Assembly: GCA_965218585.1 (NCBI GenBank)
Contig: CBDCLE010000019.1
Location: 96,001-160,000, forward strand
DNA: 64,000 nt
Source of the DNA: Terriglobia bacterium
GTDB taxonomy: Bacteria > Acidobacteriota > Terriglobia > 20CM-2-55-15
Direction: 5' to 3'
The notes under the pieces are model-generated. The model saw nothing but the letters and a program-made list of their open reading frames with translations, searched no databases and was not told the origin of the DNA. Position 1 is the stretch's first letter; the number at the start of each line of letters is the position of its first letter. Positions 49,242 to 58,308 of this stretch are shown piece by piece. A program made the position numbers and the translations under genes.

Positions 49242-49751
49242 CTATAATCGTGGGCCGGCGCTGGGTGGCGGCGCAAAGACGCTTATCGTTGACGTATCCT
49301 GAACGGCCTCAAGGAGTTGGCGTACTGTCTGCTTTCGAGCCGGGTCCATCTGTTCCGGTGCGATTTCAGACAGTGGCTCCAGAACGAATCGACGCTCGGC
49401 GTATCGTGGATGTGGAATCGTGAGGTGCGGATTCCCGATGATGCGATCCTCGAAAAGAATAATGTCGATGTCGAGCGTTCGGGGTCCATTGGGCAGGTCC
49501 CGGCGACGCTGGGCCGAGCTTTCAACCTCGAGGCAGATTTGCATCAGCTCTTCGGGTTCGAACTCGGTTTCAGCTTCAACCGCTGTGTTGAGAAACCAGG
49601 GCTGAGCGAGAATCTCCATGGGCTGAGTCGAGTAAATCGAGGCGGTTCGAAGGACACGGACGCCGTGGGCTTCAAGGCCGGACAGGCCGGACCTTAAATT
49701 TTCCATGCGATCACCGAGATTGGAACCCAAGGCCAGATAACATCGATCCAT
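49242..49751 (-). CDS. folK: 2-amino-4-hydroxy-6-hydroxymethyldihydropteridine diphosphokinase
   Basis: YLALGSNLGDR, FLNTAV, GPRTLDIDII, LTIPHP, RRFVLEPL. Confidence 0.95.
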   Translation of the reverse strand: MDRCYLALGSNLGDRMENLRSGLSGLEAHGVRVLRTASIYSTQPMEILAQPWFLNTAVEAETEFEPEELMQICLEVESSAQRRRDLPNGPRTLDIDIILFEDRIIGNPHLTIPHPRYAERRFVLEPLSEIAPEQMDPARKQTVRQLLEAVQDTSTISVFAPPPSAGPRL

Positions 49752-50580
49752 GAAACCATTAGAACATGCCGGCCGATTCAGCCTGACACTGGCCCTGGCT
49801 ACCGTCCTTATGGGATGCCAGGGGGACCCACCGACGCTATCCCAACCGACTTCAGGAGTTCTGGAAGGACTGTCTGATGGCTGGACCGAGATCATAGACC
49901 TGACACACCCCCTCAGTCCTTCGAACCCCCATTGGCCCGGACCGGGCTACGAACCGTTCTTCTATGAAACCTTCGCGACACTCGAAGACGATGGCGTACT
50001 CTCCGGGCGGTTCGCCGTGGCCGAGCACACGGGGACGCACCTGGATGCACCGAACCATTTTGTGGAAGGCCAGATCCCCGTCGACGAGATCCCTCTGGAT
50101 CAACTCATCGTTCCAGCCGTGGTCATCGATGTTCGCGAAGTCGTAGCCGCCAACCCGGACTACCAGCTGATACCAGAGGACGTCGCGGCCTGGGAGATGG
50201 GGAACGGAGAGATCGACGAAGACACGCTCGTTTTCCTTTACACAGGCTGGGACGAGCGGTGGAACGACTTTGAGAGTTATCAAAACGCCGACGCCGACGG
50301 CCTCATGCATTTCCCTGGCTTCTCCCCGGCGGCTGCCGAGTTTCTTGTCTCAGAACGCAACGTTTCCGGGCTGGGCATCGACACGCTCAGCGTTGACTAC
50401 GGTGGCTCAGCTGATTTCGGTGTCCACCACATCAGTCATGGAAGCGCCAAATACCATATAGAAAACGCGGCGAACCTTGGGCAGCTACCTGCGACGGGAG
50501 CCTGGGTCGTCGTCGCGCCGATCAAGATCGAAGGTGGAACCGGAGGTCCTGCTCGGATCTATGCCCTTGTGGGGCAATGA
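49750..50580 (+). CDS. Cyclase family (kynurenine formamidase-like) lipoprotein
   Basis: Lipobox LMGC; IIDLTHPL, EHTGTHLDAPNHF, GIDTLSVD, GGTGGPARI. Confidence 0.88.
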   Translation: MKPLEHAGRFSLTLALATVLMGCQGDPPTLSQPTSGVLEGLSDGWTEIIDLTHPLSPSNPHWPGPGYEPFFYETFATLEDDGVLSGRFAVAEHTGTHLDAPNHFVEGQIPVDEIPLDQLIVPAVVIDVREVVAANPDYQLIPEDVAAWEMGNGEIDEDTLVFLYTGWDERWNDFESYQNADADGLMHFPGFSPAAAEFLVSERNVSGLGIDTLSVDYGGSADFGVHHISHGSAKYHIENAANLGQLPATGAWVVVAPIKIEGGTGGPARIYALVGQ

Positions 50581-50610
50581 CGCACATCCCATAGCTCACC
50601 GCTCAAACAC

Positions 50611-51165
50611 ATGAAGACAATCCTTACAAAGACACCTCTGGCGGACCTCGTCGTCATCGACATCGACTATTTTGAAGACGAGCGTGGGTTTTTTATCGAG
50701 TCCTGGAACCAAAGGGATTTCGCGTCTGCGGGACTGGACCTCCAGTTTGTGCAAGACAGTCACTCCCGTTCGAAGAAAGGCGTTCTGCGAGGCCTGCACT
50801 ATCAGGATATGACCGTACCCATGGGAAAACTGGTCCGGTGCACGCTGGGCACGGTATTTGACGTTGCCGTCGACCTCCGCCTGGCTTCGCCCACGTTCGG
50901 AAAATGGTTCGGCGTGGAGCTCGGTGAGGAAAATAAACGACTTATGTACGTTCCCGTCGGCTTTGCCCACGGGTTTGCGACGCTCTCCGAGGTCGCCGAG
51001 ATTCAGTACAAACAAACCGGTTTCTATGCCCCACTCGCTGAGGGCTCCCTCCGCTGGGACGATCCGGACATTGGGATCGACTGGCCGATATCCGACCCAG
51101 TCCTCTCGGCACGCGATCAGAGTGGAATGACCCTGGCCGAGTACAGACAGAATCCTGCCTTCTGA
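50611..51165 (+). CDS. rfbC: dTDP-4-dehydrorhamnose 3,5-epimerase
   Basis: DERGFF, GVLRGLHYQ, DVAVDLR, VPVGFAHGF. Confidence 0.95.
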   Translation: MKTILTKTPLADLVVIDIDYFEDERGFFIESWNQRDFASAGLDLQFVQDSHSRSKKGVLRGLHYQDMTVPMGKLVRCTLGTVFDVAVDLRLASPTFGKWFGVELGEENKRLMYVPVGFAHGFATLSEVAEIQYKQTGFYAPLAEGSLRWDDPDIGIDWPISDPVLSARDQSGMTLAEYRQNPAF

Positions 51166-51415
51166 CAGTCCAGACAAGTAATCACGGCCTGGCACGACAA
51201 CACGGAGACAACCCCAACGACCCAGATCCCCTGCAGTGGGTCGGATGGTGTGACCGCACTGTTGATGAGATTCTCGGACCAATGTTCCTTACAATAAATT
51301 CATCAATTTTTCAGTAACCGCTAGGTGCCCGGATTGCATAGACTTAGAAGTTCGACTTCTCGGCCACGGACTCTTTTACCGGTATACAACACCGTCGCCG
51401 AAACTGGAGAAAGGT

Positions 51416-51739
51416 ATGGACCCTACAAAGTTGACCCTTGGCGGACTGTTGATCGCCGCCTTGTTCGTTGGGGCTCTTCCAGCCTTCGCCCACACTCCGA
51501 TATGCAACTGCTATGACAACGGTGATGAAACAGTGACGTGCGAGGGTGGATTCTCCGACGGGGCGTCGGCCGAAGGTGTTCCGATTCGAATCCTTGATCT
51601 CCGCGAGCGTGTCCTGATAGACGGCAAGATGGAGGCAGACAGCACCTTCTCCTTCGAGAAGCCGGACGATGAATTTCACGTTGTTTTTGATGCGGGCGAC
51701 AGCCACATCGTCACGATCTACGAAGAGGACATCGAGTAA
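51416..51739 (+). CDS. Small periplasmic FpvJ-like protein
   Basis: Signal peptide, then AHTPICNC...CEGGFSDG...GK...STFSFEKP..EFHVVFDAG..H, matching my recollection of P. aeruginosa FpvJ. Confidence 0.7.
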   Translation: MDPTKLTLGGLLIAALFVGALPAFAHTPICNCYDNGDETVTCEGGFSDGASAEGVPIRILDLRERVLIDGKMEADSTFSFEKPDDEFHVVFDAGDSHIVTIYEEDIE

Positions 51740-52561
51740 TTGAAATCGACTACGGCTATTCTCGTTCTGTCGTTCTTGCTTGTAATGCCGGCCCAGGGGC
51801 ACTTCCAGTTGCTCTACACCGAAGAGGCTGCGCTGAACGGCGGACAGGCAACCGACCTGCTGATGCTGTTCACCCATCCCGCCCACGGCGGCCCCAATAT
51901 GGATATGGGCATGCCGGAAGCCTTTTACGTCGTCAGTCAACGTGGCGAAGAAGCCGCGCCCGTGACTACGGACCTGACCGAGTATCTGGAACCCATCGTC
52001 TGGAACAGCGAACAGGGGGAGAACCAGGCCTATCGGGCCAGCATGCCACGCGCCGTCACCCGTTCACTGGGAGATTATGTATTCGTCCTCGAGCCGGCGC
52101 CTTACTACGAAGGCGGTGAGGACAAGTACATTCAGCAGTTCACAAAGATGATGATGAATATCGGTGGCGTACCCGGCAACTGGGCAGAACCCGTCGGTCT
52201 ACCCACAGAGATATTGCCGCTGGACAAACCCTACGCGAACTGGACGGGCGGAGTATTTCGTGGAATCGTATTGTCGGAAGGACGTCCGGTACCTAACGCC
52301 GAACTCGAAGTCGAATACATTAATCATGCGCCCGATCTGGAAGGGCACAGTTTCGCGGCCGAACCGGATGTTGTCTTGCCCCAGGGATCATTCGGCACGA
52401 TGTCGATTCGCACTAATGCCCTGGGGGAGTTTACAATCGGTTTACCAAGGGCAGGATGGTGGGGTATCTGTGCGCTGGCAGTCGGCCCGGATACCGAACA
52501 CGAAGGCAAGACTTTGTCGCAGGATGCCGTCCTCTGGGTAAACGTCAAGGATATGCAATGA
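51740..52561 (+). CDS. DUF4198 domain periplasmic protein (metal-uptake associated)
   Basis: Signal peptide, mature start HFQLLY; FTHP; PAPYYE..EDKYIQQFTK; PVGLPTEILPL; GWWG. Confidence 0.75.
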   Translation: MKSTTAILVLSFLLVMPAQGHFQLLYTEEAALNGGQATDLLMLFTHPAHGGPNMDMGMPEAFYVVSQRGEEAAPVTTDLTEYLEPIVWNSEQGENQAYRASMPRAVTRSLGDYVFVLEPAPYYEGGEDKYIQQFTKMMMNIGGVPGNWAEPVGLPTEILPLDKPYANWTGGVFRGIVLSEGRPVPNAELEVEYINHAPDLEGHSFAAEPDVVLPQGSFGTMSIRTNALGEFTIGLPRAGWWGICALAVGPDTEHEGKTLSQDAVLWVNVKDMQ

Positions 52562-53196
52562 ATAAGAAAACCGAAATCATCAGACCCTCCAGCAGCCGGG
52601 CCGAAACCGGGCTAATCTGCGGCGCCGTTGCTTTAATCCTGTTAGCAAGCGGGGTCGGAGTCAGTCAGCGGCAGTTCGTGGACTACTTCCCGCGTCTTTA
52701 CGACTGGCAGGTCAGTTCGTTCTACGATTTAGAGTCTACGGATCAGGCGGTTTACAACGCATTGTTGCCTGCATCGGACGAACTCTGGTGGATCCACGGC
52801 GACCTGTTGTACTTCGGCACGGAGGAAGAGCAGGCCGACCCCTGGCCTACTGTAGAAGAACTGAATGAATATCTGATGCCCCCGTTTGCCAAAGACGCCG
52901 CCTGGTCCCAGCAGGGGGAAGTGAACTGGCAGCGTGTCGCTTCGTTCTCTTTCGAAGGATCCACCGTATATTTTGGGTCGGGAGGCAAGATCCCCGGTCA
53001 GAGCGCATATCTGGTCATGCTCTCCCACGTGCACAAGGGAGCGAGCTATACCAATGGCGCGACGATCTGGCTCCATTCGGATCCTGACGTTCCCACACCC
53101 GAAACGGTCACGCGAGATTCATTGATTGTCAACGGCTGGAAAGAAGTGGTGCCCTACAACGGCGCCATGGAAGTGGACCGCCTCCAAGGAGAATGA
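52558..53196 (+). CDS. FpvH/FpvK-like (DUF6162-type) membrane-anchored protein
   Basis: IIRP....ET....GAVALIL N-terminal TM; WPTVEEL...MPPF; LIVNGWKEV. Confidence 0.65.
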   Translation: MNKKTEIIRPSSSRAETGLICGAVALILLASGVGVSQRQFVDYFPRLYDWQVSSFYDLESTDQAVYNALLPASDELWWIHGDLLYFGTEEEQADPWPTVEELNEYLMPPFAKDAAWSQQGEVNWQRVASFSFEGSTVYFGSGGKIPGQSAYLVMLSHVHKGASYTNGATIWLHSDPDVPTPETVTRDSLIVNGWKEVVPYNGAMEVDRLQGE

Positions 53197-53197
53197 G

Positions 53198-54118
53198 ATG
53201 CCGAGTCTGAGGGTAACTATTGTTCGAGCTACGCTCGCATTACTGATGACTGCGGTGGCGGGGCCCGGGACTGGGCAGGCCCAGGGACTGCAGATAGGTG
53301 TCACGCTGCATCCCTATTACAGCTTCGCCGCAAACGTGGTCGGCGATCGCGCCCAGGTCGTGCCGTTGATCGAATCCGGAAGCAACCCGCACAACTACAC
53401 GCCTCGAGCGGACGATATGAGGCGTGTGCTCGAGATGGACGTCTTGATCGTCAATGGAATCGGTCACGACGAGTGGGCATTCGAAATCATAGAAGCAGCC
53501 GGGGTCGACGAAACCCTGCCCTTGATTTACGCAAACGATGACGTCGCACTGATTCCCATCGCCGCCGATGACGGTGAGGCCAAGGTTGTCAACCCCCACA
53601 CGTTTGTCTCGACGACGGCCGCCACTCAGCAGATCTATACGATTGCCAGAGAACTCGGCGATCTCGACCCGGACAATGCGGACTACTATCGCGACAATGC
53701 GCGTGCATACGCGCTCGAAATCAGGCGGTTAAAGGCCGAATTCATGGGCGAACTCGTCGATCTGGACGCGTCGACCTTTCGTTCGGCCACAATGCACGGA
53801 GCTTACGGCTATCTGATGCAGGAATTCGGCTTGCAGGTGACTGCAGTGATCGAACCGCGGCACGGGGTCGAGCCGACGGCGCGCCAGTTGGCGGATACGA
53901 TCGATAAGATCCAGGCAGCCGATGTGAACGTGCTCTTCGCAGAGAAGTTCTTCGCGAGCGCGCTGTCGGAAACGATCCAGGAAGCCACCGGCGTCGAGAT
54001 GTACTCATTCTCGCATATGTCCGACGGTGTCTATACGCCGGAACTCTTCGAAGAGGAAACCCGGTCCAACCTGGAAACTCTGCTAGCGGCCATGAAATCG
54101 GTTGCCAAAGGCAACTGA
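53198..54118 (+). CDS. Metal ABC substrate-binding protein, FpvC-like
   Basis: IGVTLHPYYS, NPHNY, GIGHD, NPHTF, HGAY, PRHGVEP, FSHMS. Confidence 0.85.
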   Translation: MPSLRVTIVRATLALLMTAVAGPGTGQAQGLQIGVTLHPYYSFAANVVGDRAQVVPLIESGSNPHNYTPRADDMRRVLEMDVLIVNGIGHDEWAFEIIEAAGVDETLPLIYANDDVALIPIAADDGEAKVVNPHTFVSTTAATQQIYTIARELGDLDPDNADYYRDNARAYALEIRRLKAEFMGELVDLDASTFRSATMHGAYGYLMQEFGLQVTAVIEPRHGVEPTARQLADTIDKIQAADVNVLFAEKFFASALSETIQEATGVEMYSFSHMSDGVYTPELFEEETRSNLETLLAAMKSVAKGN

Positions 54119-54124
54119 CGGCGC

Positions 54125-54835
54125 ATGCGTGGTCCTCAGATCAGTTTTGAACAGGTCGGTCTGTACCTCTCCGGGAACGAAATACTTCGAGACATAAACC
54201 TTATTGTTGAAGCTGGCACGATCCATTCCGTGATCGGACCGAACGGCGGAGGAAAGACATCGCTGATTCGGTGTCTTCTCGGGCAGATGCCGCATACCGG
54301 AACAATATCGGCGGCCTGGAACGAGGACAGGACGACCGGCTATATCCCTCAGATTCTCGATTTCGACAAGACCCTCCCCGTCACCGTGACTGATTTCATG
54401 GCGATGATCTGCCAACAGCATCGACCCGCCTTCACCGGCCTTGGGCGCCGCCATCGCGCCCGTGCCGCCGCCGCCCTGGATCGCGTAGGCTTGAGCGGCA
54501 AGGGCAAATCCAGGCTCGGCAGTCTTTCAGGTGGCGAACGTCAGAGGGTGCTGTTTGCTCAGGCTCTGATTCCTGAACCTTCGCTGCTCGTACTCGACGA
54601 ACCGATGACGAGCATGGACGAGATCGGCTCGGAAGTCTTCGTCAAAGTAATCAAGGAGCTCAGGGACCAGGGAGTCACGATCGTGTGGATCGCACACGAT
54701 CTTTCCCAGGTGAGGGCCACCGCCGATACAGTGACCTGCGTGAACCGGACGATATTGTTCAGCGGGCCGCCGGCGGAAGTGTTGGCCGATCGGAATGCCG
54801 ATGCCTTGTTCGGGAAGGTAGGAAGTCTGGCGTGA
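54125..54835 (+). CDS. Metal ABC ATP-binding protein, FpvD-like
   Basis: GPNGGGKTSL, LSGGERQRVLFAQAL, LDEP. Confidence 0.9.
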   Translation: MRGPQISFEQVGLYLSGNEILRDINLIVEAGTIHSVIGPNGGGKTSLIRCLLGQMPHTGTISAAWNEDRTTGYIPQILDFDKTLPVTVTDFMAMICQQHRPAFTGLGRRHRARAAAALDRVGLSGKGKSRLGSLSGGERQRVLFAQALIPEPSLLVLDEPMTSMDEIGSEVFVKVIKELRDQGVTIVWIAHDLSQVRATADTVTCVNRTILFSGPPAEVLADRNADALFGKVGSLA

Positions 54836-55737
54836 CCGAATTCTACGAGTACATACGAGTGACGCTGCAGGATCTGGCCTTCGCGGGCACCCTTCCGCTG
54901 GCCTTTCAATACGAGTTCGTAATCAATGCACTGATGTGTGCGGTGCTGATCGGACCGCTCCTCGGAGCCGTCGGTACGATGGTTGTGACCAAGCGAATGG
55001 CGTTTTTTTCCCAGGCCGTCGGCAACGCTGCAATGACCGGGGTCGCGATCGGCGTATTGCTCGGCGAGTCCTACACGGAACCGTATATTTCGATGTTCGC
55101 CTTCTGCATCCTGTTCGGACTGGTGCTGAACTACACAAAGGGAAGAACGAACATTTCAGCGGATGCGTTGATCGGCGTGTTCCTGTCGATTTCTCTGGCG
55201 ATCGGTGCTTCCCTGCTGCTGTTCGTCTCCGCAAGGGTTAACACCCACATTCTCGAGGCTGTCCTGTTCGGTTCGGTGCTGACCGTGAGCGATACCGACA
55301 TGAACGTATTGCTGGTTGTCACGATCGTCGTACTGGGCGTTGGCATACCGCTGTTCAACCACATGCTGCTGGGTAGCCTTAACCCGAGCCTGGCGAGTGT
55401 GCGCGGAGTTCGAGTCCAGCTGTTGGAATATGTATTTGTTCTTATGATCACGATCCTTACCGTCGCGTGTCTGAAGATCGTAGGCGCCGTGCTCGTTGAA
55501 GCGCTCTTGCTGATCCCGGCAGCGGCAGCGCGAAACCTCATCACATCGATGAAGGGTTTCGTCTTCTGGAGCATGGTCATTTCGACCCTGAGCTGCATCG
55601 CAGGCATCATGATACCCATGCAGTATGATCTTCCACTACCGTCGGGCGGCGCGATTATCATGGTTGCGGCAAGCATCTTTTTCCTGACGACTCTGATCCG
55701 GATGACGCTGGGCCGATTTCGCGAGGCGCAAGTGTGA
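54832..55737 (+). CDS. Metal ABC permease, FpvE-like
   Basis: KRMAFFSQAVG, LFGSVLTV, VGAVLVEALLLIPAAAAR, LPSGGAII. Confidence 0.9.
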   Translation: MTEFYEYIRVTLQDLAFAGTLPLAFQYEFVINALMCAVLIGPLLGAVGTMVVTKRMAFFSQAVGNAAMTGVAIGVLLGESYTEPYISMFAFCILFGLVLNYTKGRTNISADALIGVFLSISLAIGASLLLFVSARVNTHILEAVLFGSVLTVSDTDMNVLLVVTIVVLGVGIPLFNHMLLGSLNPSLASVRGVRVQLLEYVFVLMITILTVACLKIVGAVLVEALLLIPAAAARNLITSMKGFVFWSMVISTLSCIAGIMIPMQYDLPLPSGGAIIMVAASIFFLTTLIRMTLGRFREAQV

Positions 55738-56717
55738 TGAAGACCTGGAAACGTTATCTGGCGACCTTGGTTCTCGCCTTGGGGATGGGACAGTCCTCAC
55801 CGGCACAGGACACCGCCGGGGTCCAGAACAGCGACATCCAAGTCCTGACCGCCATGCCGGTAACCTATTCGATCAGTTCAGCACTGGCCCGGGATACGTC
55901 GATCACCGTAGGAAATCTTCCCGCCCGGCCCCGGCCCATGAGTGCCCTGGGCGCCTATTTCACTTCACGCGGGGAGCAGCTCGCCGAGCAGTTCCAAACC
56001 ACTCAGGCGGTGGTCACGATTGGCAAGCTCTGGCCTGATGATCCGCTGTTCACAGCCGTAAGGGCCGGGAATATTCGCGTCGTGGACATCGACGCGAGCA
56101 AACCCTGGTCGACCACGCTGGAAGGAATTTCCGTAGCGTTCGAGCCGCGTGAAGACGTCCCATGGACCGAGGCCGAGCAGAGGGACCGGAACCCTTCAGT
56201 ATATTTCTGGTTGAGCCTGGCCAACGGCGTGCGGGCCGCAGAAATCATCGCCACAGACTTCATGCGTCTGTCTCCAGAAGACAGCGTGCAGATCAAACGC
56301 AACCTGGATAACTACCGCCGGCAACTGCTCGACCTCAAGAGAGAATACGAGGTCAAATTCGCCACGCTCCTGGACATCACCGTGTTCGCATTGACACCCG
56401 AGTTCGTCTACCTGACGTCTGACATGAGTCTTTATGTCGATGGGAATTTCTTTAGGCAGGACATCAATTGGACCGAACAGGACCTCGGGAACTTCGAGTC
56501 GTACTTGACAGACAACGAAATTCAGGTCGCGATCCACAAATGGGAACCGGCCGACCCGATCCAGGCCGCTATCGATAACGCCCGAGCACAGCTCGTCGTT
56601 CTGGATATGATCGATCTGGGTATTGTTGAAGAAGGACAACTCAGGGAAGACAGCTACATCGAACTGATGAGAGCTAATCTCGAATCTCTTTATACCGCCC
56701 TCAGCGCAGCGAATTAA
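55737..56717 (+). CDS. Second ABC substrate-binding protein, FpvF-like
   Basis: Signal peptide; LWPDDPLF...RAGNIRVVDIDA; TroA-like fold without the usual His ligands. Confidence 0.7.
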   Translation: MKTWKRYLATLVLALGMGQSSPAQDTAGVQNSDIQVLTAMPVTYSISSALARDTSITVGNLPARPRPMSALGAYFTSRGEQLAEQFQTTQAVVTIGKLWPDDPLFTAVRAGNIRVVDIDASKPWSTTLEGISVAFEPREDVPWTEAEQRDRNPSVYFWLSLANGVRAAEIIATDFMRLSPEDSVQIKRNLDNYRRQLLDLKREYEVKFATLLDITVFALTPEFVYLTSDMSLYVDGNFFRQDINWTEQDLGNFESYLTDNEIQVAIHKWEPADPIQAAIDNARAQLVVLDMIDLGIVEEGQLREDSYIELMRANLESLYTALSAAN

Positions 56718-56745
56718 CCGCTGCCAGCCACAGATAATCCCCGAC

Positions 56746-57756
56746 CTACTGCAAGCGACGGTAAGCCGCAACAGCCCGGTTATGTTCAGCAATCGTTGCC
56801 GAAAAGGTGTGTCGACCACCCTCGGTCCGAACGAAGAAAATGAAATCGGTTTCGGCCGGCTCGAGGGCCGCCAGCATCGACAGGTATCCCGGGTTGGCGA
56901 TCGGACCAGGTGGAAGGTCTCCATAGACGTACGTATTGTAGGGAGAGTCATAGGCAAGGTCTTCCCGCAGGAGACGGCCCTGGTAATTGCCGTCCAGGAT
57001 CATCCCATACACAACGGTCGGGTCGCATTCCAACCGCATCCCTCGGTCCAGACGATTCATGAAGACCGAAGATACCAGAACCCGTTCGTCAGCTACGGCG
57101 GCTTCGCTCTCTATCATTGAAGCCATGATCAGCATCCTGTTCAGATCCAGAGGCCACAGATCAGGGTCAACCTGGTCTTCAAGCCGTGCGATCGCGTCAG
57201 AAAGCCCGTCTATCATCGCCCGAACCGCGTCTTCGGCCCCTGCCGCACGTGGGAAGGAATAGGTTTCAGGAAACAGATAACCTTCTACTGAGACGGCCGC
57301 TGGATCGATTGCCCTGATGGCGGGCAACGCCGCTTCGGCTGCTTCCAGAAACCCTGCACGATCCCCGAAACCTGACTCTTCCCATCGGTCGGCGATCTCG
57401 TCGACCCTCAGGCCTTCCGGCACTGTGAACGTATAGAGCCGGACATCTCCGCGCACAAGCTTTTCGAACACACCGGGAGTGGAAAGGGATTCATCAAACA
57501 GGTACTCGCCAGCCTGGAGCCGTCCACGGTAATCGCTGACGTAAAGATAGGCGAGGGAAGGATAGCGATACCGAACGACGCCCCGGGCGATCAGAAGATC
57601 GACGATTTCGACCGAACCCAGGCCGGAGGGAATGTCGACAATGGTTTCGCCTGAGTACCCCTGGTACGGTTCATGTACCAGATACCAGGCGTAGCCGACG
57701 GCACCTGCTCCCAGGACAACCAGCCCGAGGCCCACCCATGCCAACTTCTTCTTCAT
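56746..57756 (-). CDS. mltG: Endolytic transglycosylase
   Basis: N-terminal TM; TVPEG, EGYLFPETY, ASMIESE, NRL..GMRLECDPTV, SPYNTY...LPPGPIANPG. Confidence 0.95.
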   Translation of the reverse strand: MKKKLAWVGLGLVVLGAGAVGYAWYLVHEPYQGYSGETIVDIPSGLGSVEIVDLLIARGVVRYRYPSLAYLYVSDYRGRLQAGEYLFDESLSTPGVFEKLVRGDVRLYTFTVPEGLRVDEIADRWEESGFGDRAGFLEAAEAALPAIRAIDPAAVSVEGYLFPETYSFPRAAGAEDAVRAMIDGLSDAIARLEDQVDPDLWPLDLNRMLIMASMIESEAAVADERVLVSSVFMNRLDRGMRLECDPTVVYGMILDGNYQGRLLREDLAYDSPYNTYVYGDLPPGPIANPGYLSMLAALEPAETDFIFFVRTEGGRHTFSATIAEHNRAVAAYRRLQ

Positions 57757-58181
57757 ACCCGCTGCCTCAGGTACTCTTCCAATATCAAAGTCGCGGCCAG
57801 CTCGTCCACGTGACGGCGCCGTTTTCTCCAATCCAGGCCCATTTCCTCGAGTTGCTGCTCGGCGTCGAAGCTTGTCAGCCGCTCGTCCCACAAGACCACG
57901 GGTACAGCAAGCGCCGTCTTGAGGCGTTCGGCAAAGGCTTCCGTCTTTTCGGTCTGGAGCGTCCGGGCTCCGTCCATATGCCTCGGATGGCCGACGACGA
58001 CCTCATCGACACCATCCTCCTCGACCAAAGCGCGGATGTGTTCCACATCCGCAGACACGCTGGTCCGTCCATGAGTCGGACGGCCCTGGACGGTCACTCC
58101 CAAACTGTCGGTCACGGCAATCCCGATCCGCTTGTCGCCAACGTCCAAAGCCATGGTTCTTAAGGGAGTGTCGGATTTCAC
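57753..58181 (-). CDS. ruvX: YqgF/RuvX RNase H-like nuclease
   Basis: ALDVGDKRIGIAV, VVGHP, WDERLTS, VDELAATLIL; GTG start after GAGGA. Confidence 0.93.
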   Translation of the reverse strand: MKSDTPLRTMALDVGDKRIGIAVTDSLGVTVQGRPTHGRTSVSADVEHIRALVEEDGVDEVVVGHPRHMDGARTLQTEKTEAFAERLKTALAVPVVLWDERLTSFDAEQQLEEMGLDWRKRRRHVDELAATLILEEYLRQRV

Positions 58182-58248
58182 GTCCTCATGATACCCCAGC
58201 CGGGGACCACTTGATTCCGTACCTGAATGGGTGGCTACCGTTCCCAAT

Positions 58249-58276
58249 TTGTGAAGTATTCGTCCCTTGCTATACT
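58249..58276 (+). promoter_or_regulatory. Putative sigma70 promoter of the S41 gene
   Basis: TTGTGA-16 bp-TATACT with an extended -10 TGc. Confidence 0.45.
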
Positions 58277-58308
58277 AATGTCGTTCCATCTTCCACCGGA
58301 GGTCAGGT

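Noticed and set aside
51166-51415. Cobalamin riboswitch or Fur box upstream of the metal operon
   Set aside because: Only short hairpins and a TTGATGA/TCATCAA pair are present; the riboswitch core and a convincing Fur consensus are missing. An Rfam scan would be needed.
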